Source of the DNA: Takakia lepidozioides
Lineage: Eukaryota > Plantae > Bryophyta
NCBI GenBank assembly: GCA_030704615.1
Contig: CM060732.1
Coordinates: 23,126,001 to 23,190,000 of the forward strand
Length of the DNA stretch: 64,000 nucleotides
Reading direction: 5' to 3'
In this document: one piece after another, positions 13,032 through 23,498 of the stretch
How positions within the stretch are numbered: position 1 is the first letter of the stretch
Layout of the letters: every line of letters begins with the position of its first letter
The notes under the pieces: model-generated
What the model saw: the letters and a program-made list of their open reading frames with translations, nothing else
What the model was told of the DNA's origin: nothing
Databases searched by the model: none
Position numbers and translations under genes: made by a program

Positions 13032-16000
13032 ATGCGAACTAGGGGAATGACAGAAAGGGAAGGTAATGAGCTTACCAAGCAGCTTAAAGCTGCATTGAAA
13101 GAACCAACCATGTTGATCAAGTTGCTTGCTGATCATGAGTTAATGTCCTTAGTGAAATCTATGCTGGCATCGTCCTTCAAGACGGAACAAGCCAAAGGTT
13201 ATCAAGGTACTGGTATGTCTGCTCATTTCAGACCTAAACGAATAGGGCAAGTCTTCGCTTCTGTTCCTAGGCAAGAACTCCTGGTAAGGAGCCGAAAGAT
13301 GATCGTAGAAAGGAGGGTCCGGGTTCCCGGCCTTAGGCGCAACCATACCCGAAATATATAAACATGAGTGATAACTTTGACATGTATTTGCGTATGTTTA
13401 AGCTCAGAGCCAGCGCCAACAAGGTGGGAGAAGATGTGATGGTCACCAATTTCACCCTCAGTCTTTAGGGCAAAGCGAGAGACTTGTACAAAGCTAGTTT
13501 GGAAGGTATGGGATCCTTGACATGGAAGAATTCTGAAGCCTTGGCTATGAATTTGTTTACTCCCAAAAATCAAGCCCTAAAAGCAAAGGGTTTCCTATCC
13601 ACACACAAATACCAGGGGGAGACAATATTCGGGCTTTTTATGCTAATGTTAAAAAAACATGCTACGCTTGCTACATAAAACGATGGTATGTACCGAGACC
13701 ATACTCTTAGGCAACATTTTATTCGTGGTTTGCCCAGGACCTACAAAAGGAAGTCATTTCTCGTGCCTTTACAGATGATGAAGGAATGTTATAATATTTG
13801 GAGCAAATCAGGGATTTAAGTGACTTGCCTAGGCCTGGGCAGCAGCATAGCCCATATTGTTCAGACCTTGATGTAATTCCAGCAAACTTTAAGTGTGTAG
13901 CTACTGACCAGGGTGTGAGGGACACTATTGAAAGGGAATTGAGGGATCTGAAAACAGATTTGCAGGGCCAGTTTGAGCACATGCTCAACTTACGGGATGA
14001 ACCTCATTGGAGGGCTCGAGAAACCAACACGGGGGCTGTTGTACCAGCCACACCTGTTGCACCTTCCCCAAGGGCTGCTCCTTCCCGAGAGGCCAGAGCA
14101 CGGGCTCTAAGTACAAGAAACAATGGCCCTGTGGTCTATGTCTTTCGGAGGATCATACCACGAACTACTGCGACTAGAAAGAGGAGGCCCGCCAATTTGT
14201 GAAAGGGCTCAAGGCAAAAGAGTTTGTCACCACCTCTCAGCCTTTAAACTAGTCAGGCCCCAAGAGCTGCAGGTCTCAAAGGGGCCACGCAAGAAGGACA
14301 ATTCAACAAAACAGGTGCGAAAAGGCACCAAGGAAGCCAGAAACACTGTAGTGCAACCTTGGGTTGCAAGTTATACCATCAATGGTATTTCACATTTTTG
14401 CATCATAGACACAGGATGTACCATTACTATTGTCCCTTACTGATCTCTTGTGAAGCTCATGGGTAGTAAATTGCTTAGTGCAAAGGGCATGACAATCACC
14501 ATAGCTGATGGATCAGCTTATTCCCCTTTAGGCTTAGTCAAAGCTACCATCTCTTTGGAGGGATGCAAGGCCGATGTGCTTGCCATTGTGAGCAATGGTG
14601 ATAAGCTGCTACTTGGTTTAGATTGGTTACAACAAACTGGTGCTATGTTGGACATCTAGAGACAGCTTATCATACTCAAAGGAAGGGATCAAGAGGGGCT
14701 GTAGGTACGTCCCATCCGGAAGGTGTCACTTTAGGGTGGTTCCAAACACATGACATTACAGCATGACACTGTCAAACAGCTGGTCACACAAGGGGCTGGA
14801 CAGACCTACAATTATAGGTAGTTCTATGCCTAAATTAGCTCGAGAAACAAGTCTTATTCAGCTGGAACATACCAGCCATGGGTAAGACAAGTGAAACACC
14901 CAAAGCTTGGCCCTCAAAGCTTGGCCCTCGAACTCACCTACCCCCTACCGAGGATTGATGATACCCTTGATCAGTTATCAAATGGTTCCACTATCTTCTC
15001 ATTGTTGGATAAATGGCAAGTGCTTTCTGGCAGGTACCCCTAGTAGAGGCAGTCGAGGAAAAGACGGCTTTCACCTACAAACAAGGCTTGTTACGATTTG
15101 AAACCATGCCATTCGGGCTCTACAACGCCAATAGTACCTTTCAACGACGCATAGTTGGAAACTTGAAATGGGAATGCGCTTTGGTTTACATTGATGACAT
15201 TAATGTGTTCTCCACATCATTTTCCAGCCATTTGCTGCACCCTTCAGAAAGTGTTTGATAGGCTCAGGGCTGCATAGCTCAAGCTGAAACCTTCTGAGTG
15301 TGCTCTATGCTTGGAGAACCTAAGTATTTAGGGCACCTGATTTCAGCTAAGGGCATCCAACCTGATCCTGACAAAATGTTGGTTGTCTTGTTGTTTGTTG
15401 TGCCCAAGGATAAATAGGGACTAGTCAAAGCTTTCCTTGGACTGGCCTCTTTAGTATTTGTGCAAGGATTTGCCAAGATTGTAGGACCACTTACCCGTCT
15501 CCTGTGCAAAGAAGAAAAGTTTTTATGGAGTAGCACTCGGCAGAAAGCCTTTGAGCACCTTAAACAGCTTGCTCTTACCACGGCACCCATCCTGATCTAC
15601 CCCAATTTTTCTAAACCTTTCTTGCTTCAGATTGATGCATCTAGGGACACTATGGGTGCTATCTTAAGCCATGTCATAGATGGTGAGGAAAGAGTGGTAG
15701 CTTACTCCAGCCGGCATTTGTCGAAAGCTGAGAAGAACTATGGCATTTCTGACAAGGAAGGGCTGGCCATGGTGTTTGGGGTTAAGCATTTCAAGCCCTA
15801 TTTGCATGGTTCTAAGTTCGTTATACAGACTCACCACTAGCCCCTCTATGCTTTGATGCGCTCTAGAGAGCTGACCGGTCGTTTGGCTCGTTGGGCTTTG
15901 CTTTTACAGGGCTACTAGTGCACCATACAATACAAAAGGGGGCAACTTCACAGCAACGCCGATGCCTTGACCAGATCTGTCCTGCAAAAAGCTAAAGCTC

Positions 16001-16140
16001 ATAGCAAGCTTGAGGATTTGTTGGATGAGGGAGCCAGGCTCACTAAAGGAGACCAGCCCTTTGTTTCCCTCTGTTTTGATGGCTTGGGTCACTTGGGGTG
16101 ACACTTTCTTGGCAGAAGCTTCTCCAAGGGGTGATTAAAT
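13032..16140 (+). mobile_element. Degenerate Ty3/gypsy internal region (gag, protease, RT, RNaseH)
   Basis: Protease CIIDTGCT/LLLGLDWL; [29 protein letters not shown]; RNaseH LQIDAS, AEKNYGISDKEGLA, HSNADAL. Many stops and deletions; LTRs not resolved. Confidence 0.88.
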
Positions 16141-17677
16141 ATAAGTAACAATCTTATTTTGCTTAGGTAGGAAGTAGAGTTGACCAGTTCCGTTCCTATT
16201 CATGCACTAGAAGAGAAACCGGCTTTTTCCACGACTTTTTCCACACTTTTTGATGTGGAATCAGCCGCAGTCCACACCTGCCGTGGGTGTAAGAAACGAC
16301 TAGTGCTTTTGGACATCCCGTGGACGCCCTGGCTCTCCGGCGGCCTTGTGGAAAAGTCCACGGGAGGCTTTTTCCACGGGTGGCTTTTTTCACGGGGTGC
16401 ATGGTGACATGGCCGCTGACATGGCCGATGACATAGCTGACATGGCAGAGTGTGAAAAAGGCCAGTGTGGCATGTTTCACAGCGGATTTCACACCTTGAA
16501 CAAGCCACTATGCGACACGTGTTATATTTCACACCTTCGACAAGTCACTATGCAACACGTGTTCGTTCCTGTGTGGTGGTATGCATTAATTAATTATTAA
16601 TTGATTTCCAATATTTAAGTTTGAATATTAATGGATTTAATTTATTATTATTATTATTATTATAGGAAAAATGGACAATGGCCTTGATGATAACATTATT
16701 AAGTAACAAAATATTGAAATTATGTTTTTAGAAATTATATTTATTCGCTCAGATACCAAAACACACCCTTTGGAGGGAAGGAGAGTTTGCCTTAGTGTCT
16801 ATGTTGAGTTGCGTCTCCTACTCTCTGTAATCTAATAGGCATTCACCTTTTTCCCTCGGTTGTCCCACCCTTGACTGGGGTCAGAAAAGCATTCATTCCA
16901 CAGCTTCTCCTCATCTCTGTTACATGTTTCTGGACACTTTCTTATTGTCACTTTGGCAGTATCATGTCAAAATCACTCCAAACTATGTACCATCTATCCA
17001 TGCAGGTTTCTTGTAGCTATCCTTCCACAGGGAATCATAAGTAATCTGGAGTCCGAGTTCCTGTATGGTGTGGCAGGGGGCATGTGCCTTAGGGTGCATA
17101 GGTCGGAGACATAGAACGTTGTCAGCATGGTTATAGTAATTATTGGTACAACAGTTGATAACATGCGCCATTTGGTAAGTAGACTTCAGATAAGGATGTA
17201 AGAATAAGATATTGAGTGTTGATCCAAGAGCCGGGGCATGTATCTCTAAATACATATCATAGGATGGAAGTGAGATAACGAAATCATAGAACAAGACTAC
17301 ATAAAGAGCATGTATAGATATCCCTAGATTTTTATCAAATAGAGGGGGGAGTGTGGCATGTACATTCGGAAAGCGGGCATGTGCATGAGAGTAAAATGAT
17401 CTGAAGTATATTGTTGATCCAAGAACAGGGGCATGTGCCATTGAGTATACATCATAAACAGGAGGTGAAGTAAAGAGGTCACAACACCAGACACCATCCG
17501 AAGAAAGAGACCAGGTACAGAGGTTGGGCAGCCTGATTCTGTGAAGTTGAAGTTGTGTTCACATGTTGTCTTTGAGATGATCAGATTATGGCCACCAAAA
17601 GGTGTTTGAGAGGGTTGATCAATGAGAATGTAAGCCAAATTTGTGGTGTTCTTTCCTGAGAGTTAGTGTGATACCGT

Positions 17678-18110
17678 TCAAAGTTTAATGTCGCCGAGGT
17701 TGGCCTGGCCCATAACAACTTGGAGATAGTTGCACAGCTCGATGCTCCTCATTGGCTCGTAGGGTTGACTAAAAACAGATATGTCCTTGCCCACGCAATG
17801 CTGCCGCAGGATCTAAAAGCAACGCTTGAATATGTCCTTGATGAATTTGGTTCTGGGAGTGGATTGTAGAGCATAATGGGCTTGGAATCCACAGGTTGCA
17901 GACAGGCTTGAAAATCTATGACTGAGTTGGTGGTGCTGCCACAGCATAGCCCTTGGTCAGGTCCTCTCCATCCACCACCAAAAGCCCCGGAAGGCCATCA
18001 TGAACAAAGCCGACCTTGGCCATTGTGCTGACGTGGAGCACGAAATCAACACCCAAGGGTTCCCGGCCTGCAACCAGAAAGCCAGCGAATAGACTGTCAG
18101 AAACTGAGGA
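17678..18110 (-). pseudogene. Captured C-terminal fragment of an unidentified protein-coding gene
   Basis: Reads AGFLVAGREPLGVDFVLHVSTMAKVGFVHDGLPGLLVVD...TKFIKDIFKRCF*ILRQHCVGKDISVFSQPYEPMRSIELCNYLQVMGQANLGDIKL* across frameshifts. Family not recognised. Confidence 0.45.
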
Positions 18111-18309
18111 GAACCTTGTACAAGAACAGATTGAAGCACTCATCTTACAAGCTTGTGACCATTTTCTCTTGCCTATAAAGTTACGCTCTGTAATGCAGAC
18201 ATATTCCCAGTTCCTACTACCTTTTAGTACCTGTGCTCTCATGTCTGCGCAATCCAAAGCTTGCTTCATGCCTCACTCTATCATTACAGCTATGTCTATT
18301 TTTCCACAG

Positions 18310-18510
18310 GGAATCACCCCTTCCCGCATCATTGCTCATAGGTCTCCAAAGCCTCCATCCGCGCCCTTGCTGTGCATATCCTGCAATCATCGCACTCCAC
18401 GACACCACATCTCGTTCAGCCATACTGTGGAACACTTCCTTTGCATCCTCGATGCACCCACATTTGGCATACATGCAGTCCACCAGGGCAGTGTTCAGAA
18501 TGACATCGGG
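18310..18510 (-). pseudogene. Captured PLS-class PPR gene fragment
   Basis: [10 protein letters not shown](C)[39 protein letters not shown] matches canonical PLS-PPR motifs. Confidence 0.9.
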
Positions 18511-20494
18511 TACAACATGGTACTAACAGGAGCCAAAAGCCCATATTTGTAGGATGGACAAACTTCTTTACATCCTACATTAAGAAAAAGCAACACCTTG
18601 CGATTGCGATTGTCCCACCATCGTGAAGAAACTCATGCCAGCTCTGCTCCGTGCTGCAAATTCAGGGCCGAGTCTGATGAGAAGGCAAAACAGGCTGAAA
18701 TAGGTCGAAGAAGAAGGTGCCCTCACCACATTGGCCTCGAGTTCCTGCTATTACGATGTTTGGCACTAAGAAGACCGGACCCCAAAAAACACTAAGTCCC
18801 AGCCCTGCACACCGCGACCTAGTAGCCCTAAATTCGAGCCAACTTTTGAAGTTTTTGAACAGTTTGAACCCTAACATTATATAAAATATTTATATGGTCC
18901 ATGTAATTATGTGAAGGTATTTTTAGCTATAATATATATATGTTAGGGTGAAAAACGTATATATATAACAAGGTACAAAGTCCCTGGTTAATTTATTTAC
19001 TGGGTAAGGTTCATAGTCATGAAATGAGTAGTTAAAACAACTATTTCTATATAATACTGATTTATATATTTCAATTTACATGAATTTAAAATATAATTGT
19101 GGAGTTGCTAATGAAGTTGTTGAAACCACTTACAATTTAAAATAAATCACCTTGTATAGAGACTCACCATGCTACCCACCTAGACCTGGGTTTCTTTTTT
19201 GGTCTCTTGTTAAAATTCTATGGATTTTTTCGAAATATTCTGGTTTTTTCTTTGATGTGTGAGATGACAAAGTCCAAGCATGTCACATAAACAAGGAATT
19301 CAACGTAAGGATGATGCAAGTGATTTGTGGCAAAAAGTGTAAATCATGCCTATGCCTGTTTGTCCTAGTTGTATCATAGGTTGCAATGGAACGGGGCCAC
19401 CTTTGAATGCGATCCTCATGCTCATTTCACCAATGGCATTATAGACTTCATAATGTAGAGATTGAAAATGGGGTGTAGCGGGGGGTGATTCTTCACTTGC
19501 TAGTAGCCCATCGTGCAAATTTCTAAACATGAACATGAAGCTCATGATCATTTTCCAAGGGCATCATTCTCAAACTCCCCATACACCACAATGTGGAAAT
19601 TCTATGGTCCCATTTCACACATGTGTGTAACATGCCATGTAAACTAAGCCAACTCCTGCCACGCTCATGGCTGTTTTCACACCGTTCTTGCCTCGGGTGT
19701 GGATCACATGTGCGACACCCCATAGTTAGGGCATATTTTGAACCACACCTTGGCTCACTCTACAGACCCGTGATAAAAGCCGTGGAATGTGCCAGGTATG
19801 AGATGGCATACCCGTGGAAAAAGCCGGTTTCTCTTCTAGTGATGTTGCTTTAACGCAGCCTCCATATGGGCACCTGAGCTTCTAAAAAACTGGTACGTGG
19901 GTTAGAAAAAGTATTGAGATATTCTATAGAGTGTCTATCCCCGTTGTCTCTGGATCTATCAACACCATGCACGTGAGTCAGGCACGTGAGGCAGGAGAAG
20001 AAATCCCACACCTTTACACCTCGTATACCTTTACACCTTTACACCAGTGAGACCAGCCAGCTACAAAGCCACAGCCAAGAACATATGCAATGTGTCTTGT
20101 GCTGGACACAGTGCTTGTTCGACTACAGAGAGAAGCAGTTGCAATTCAGAATTGGAACTACTGTTAAGTCCTAGGTTGGGGTGTTTTCTGGAAGAACTTC
20201 ACGCCGTCACTGTCAGCTGTTAACATCAAGGCTGAGGGATGTATTCATGATCTGTACGCGGGCAAGGATAGCTGAGGGGCCAAGGATAGAGGTCCAGATT
20301 CATGTTCAGGTTCAGGCTGAGGGATCAATAGCTAAAAGAAATCAGCTGGAGTAGATGGTCAATTGTTGCAAGTGGAAACAGTAGCGGCAGCACAATTGAT
20401 AGAATGAGGTGCTGCTAATTAATGAAGGCACCTTCCTCAACACATTTCAGCCTGTTTTTCCAAATAGGGTTGGGGTGTAAGAACAAATCTAGGC

Positions 20495-21330
20495 TGTCAT
20501 CATCAGCTGGCATTTGGCCCACCTTCTATATCCTAAATAGAGTGTGCACCAAATTCGTCGTCACGTGTGCACTTTCGGTTCCCCTGCAGTCCCAACAAAT
20601 ACTATGACTTCCTCCTTCACCAGGAAATACAAAACTGACAGAACAAATCGGAGAATTCTGTTAGCATGAAGGGTGAGCATTATACTTACTTGTTGATGTC
20701 ATGCATAGCCGTCAGAAGTGTTGTGACGTTTCCTTTCGGATCCAGCACCATGGACGCCACAAGGTAGTGCCAGTCCTCGTTTGTGCTGTGATATTTGTTT
20801 ATGACGTTCATCTAGGCCATGAAGCGGTGATTGCCATCCCAAATATGAAACATTTTCCTGGAGAACACCTGTGTGGACATTCTCCTCGAAATCTGGGCTT
20901 CGAACTCCTCGTTTATTTCTCGCCATATTGGATCCCAGCTTTTGACAATTGACTCGTCCACCAAGACCTCCTGTCCACTAGCATCGCACAAAGAAACGTA
21001 AAACACTAGAGACCCCTCTATGTATCCATGACTAAAATCTTGCTCCAACTTGGACACATCCCCGGTCAGGGCAGGTCGAACAATTGGCATTGATATTAGG
21101 CGGCAGAGAGGGATCATGATCTTGCCTCCAGATACCAGCATAGACTTGATCACCAGCGCGGAATTGACTTTCTCGTACACAAGGACCTTTGCCGCTCTTT
21201 CTTCGTAGAAATGATCGTCTTCTTCAACAAGCTTCTCAGTCACTTCTTCCTCCTGCTGCTGCTGCTTCTCAGGCTGCAATCCTTTTCTTTTCCTCCCCCG
21301 CACCTCCCACAATTATAGCCTTTCCGTCAT
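20495..21330 (-). pseudogene. ParB/Sulfiredoxin-like N-terminal-domain protein (two exons, 3'-truncated)
   Basis: Exon 21330-20690 reads IPLCRLISMPIVRP...KLEQDFSHGY...FHIWDGNHRFMA*(W)...LLTAMHDINK. A GT-AG intron spans 20689-20584, and the next exon reads GTESAHVTTNLVHTLFRI. A hydrophobic strand followed by DGNHR is the ParB/Srx signature. In-frame stops are present. Confidence 0.65.
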
Positions 21331-21369
21331 TCCACAGTTACATTTTCCTGATCTTGCACCTACAAGAAT

Positions 21370-22422
21370 TGAGTGCGGTGGCGCACTCACTTTCGAGACT
21401 GACAAAGGATCGGAACAGACAAACATCAGTTCTCCAAAACTACACACATAACCCTCCTTTCCTGTCAACCGGAATTGAGTGCGGTGGCGCACTCATTTTT
21501 GGACACCTTCCATGACATCTAAGAAATCATGCTCATCGCAGGCACTCAGTCAATGGCTCCTTTGCCACTTCCTCTTCCACATTGTGTACTTCGTTCTAGA
21601 CATCATCAAATCAACCATCTACAGGTGCTCAAAAAACTGAGTGCGCTGGCGCACTCATTTCTGGGAGCCCTCCACTCTGTCCTGATTTCTCTTGTGAGCA
21701 CACCTGGGTCGTTACCTCTGTCCACGAAGATGGTCGATCTCACCTCAGAACTGAGTGCGCCACCGCACTCAGTTTCAAGGTTATCGTTTCTGTCTATATG
21801 AAAACTCAAAAGATATCTCACTTTGAATGAAACACACTTTCTAACTTTCGTTTCACGTCTGTCATTTGCAAATTGACCATTCTATGGTGATCCGAAACTG
21901 AGTGCGGTGGCGCACTCAGGTTGGGAGCCATCCATTATGTCTGCCTACTTCTGTTTTGAGTTCATTGGGCTCTTCACGTCTGTCCAAAAACATTGTCGAT
22001 CACACCTCGGAACTGTGTGCGCCAACGCACTCAGTTTCCAGGTTAGACATAATGTCATTCTCAGAACTCATAAGAGATCTCACTATGGAATAATCGCACT
22101 TTCTATCTACTGTTCACCTCAGTCAATAGCAACTCAATGATTCCATGGAGCTCAAAAATTGAGTGCGGTGGTGCACTCAGTTCAGGGTGACCACTCCAGT
22201 GTCTCACGGACCTAAACTATGAACATCACCTTCCTCTTTCCCTAATGCCGAAGCGATCGGCAATTATCTAGTTGAAATGAGTGCGCCACCGCACTCAGTT
22301 TCTCTGTGTCCCTCTCAGGCTTCCGTTTCAAATCCTGCTGTCTCTAAGACTTAGTTATTCACCTCGGCATAAAAATGGAAGTGATAGAGCTCCCCTCAAA
22401 ATTGAGTGCGGTGCCGCACCCA
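21370..22422. repeat. Array of nine 20-bp palindromes TGAGTGCG-N4-CGCACTCA
   Basis: Copies start at 21370, 21476, 21638, 21752, 21899, 22014, 22160, 22278 and 22403. The loop is GTGG- or CCAC-like, alternating from copy 3 onward. Intervening DNA is much more diverged. Confidence 0.95.
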
Positions 22423-22469
22423 GTTTTCAGGGGATCTCTCGTATCCTATCTATGCACTTGGTATGACAG

Positions 22470-23456
22470 TCAAGCGAGATTCATGCAGTTTGGGAGAAGG
22501 ATTACCCTGGGTTTCATGACACCACTTCCCGATGCCTCTTCTTGCTGCGTCCTCACAGCTTCCTTTGGTGTCGCTTCTTTCTCACCGACGGTGGTGGTGT
22601 CGATGTCCATGTCATGCACAATGGTCTCCGGGGCAGTCTCCTCGCCTTCCATTCTTCCCTCCATTTCAGGCTGGACCGGCTTTGTGATCTGTTGTGATTT
22701 GTGGGTTGACGTATCCTGTGCAACCTGCTCATCAGCGTTTTGCAGATTGCGCAACTTTCTCATTCTGACTCGCGCGTTTTTCCTCTCTCTCACACTCGTG
22801 AAGTAAAGGGACTGCCTTCTACGTCTTCTTACTATGTCTTCTCTCTCTCTCCCGCAGCTCTCCAGCTTGACTAACAAACAATCGAGAAAGTAAGGAACCC
22901 TGTAAAGCCGTCAGTTATGCATGTGGTTAAGGACGTGCGTGTCTACCCTATAACCCCCCAAGTGGATCGATCTCACTGGCTGCGGCTTATTGGGCGCCCC
23001 TAATGCCATCAATAAGGCCGAGTTCTTCAAATGTGGATGAAATATTGCGCACATGAGGCATGCCATCGCCCTATCATACACGGATTTTGCCTTCTTCAAA
23101 ACAAAAACATACATAACGTCAGGAACGCAATGTCCGCGTTCATCCGGCGTTGGATATTTCCCGGGTTTGGCAATCAATGCACTGTCCGGGTTCACGTTGT
23201 GGAACGCCGCAAAACGCAAATTGGATTGCAATATCCAAGACGGCGCCGTCTTTTCCCGGCGGTGTGACACTGACAAAATAAATAGTTTTGTTCCCTTCTC
23301 CATGAATTTGACAACTGCCCAACTGTTTTGGCTGTGTGGTTCAATACCCTCACAAGTTATTGGTTAATGTGTGGGGCCAGTTGTACAACTACCTCTTGCC
23401 TTAGCAAACACTTTTGGGATTTGGCAATCGCCTCCGGAAGGTTTTTACCTGGCCAT
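22470..23456 (-). pseudogene. Orphan accessory gene of the MULE, divergent from the transposase
   Basis: ORFs 22911-23303 and 22470-22877, extendable upstream to an ATG near 23456 through two stops. It has a basic NLS-like stretch and an acidic tail. A homologue lies at ~48233-49220 in copy 2. Confidence 0.45.
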
Positions 23457-23498
23457 GTCGCACAGTTGTATTGGTACTCACCATCGTATGTTCACCAC

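Larger units (their letters stand above)
16205..19841. mobile_element. Non-autonomous CACTA (Pack-CACTA) element
   Basis: 29-bp TIR CACTAGAAGAGAAACCGGCTTTTTCCACG at both ends; 3-bp TSD ATG (16202-16204, 19842-19844); TTCCACGG subterminal repeats; no transposase seen. Confidence 0.93.

Noticed and set aside
19845-20494. LTR-like fragment (TGTTAAG start, GGCTGAGGG repeats, purine tract)
   Set aside because: No partner LTR, PBS or TSD could be established.
20812-21312. Bacterial contamination or recent HGT as the source of the ParB-like gene
   Set aside because: It has a GT-AG intron, carries the same stop-codon decay as neighbouring TEs, and is embedded in plant transposon sequence.
21370-22422. 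CRISPR array interpretation of the spaced palindromes
   Set aside because: The context is eukaryotic with no cas genes, the spacers are too long and related to each other by duplication, and repeat orientation alternates.
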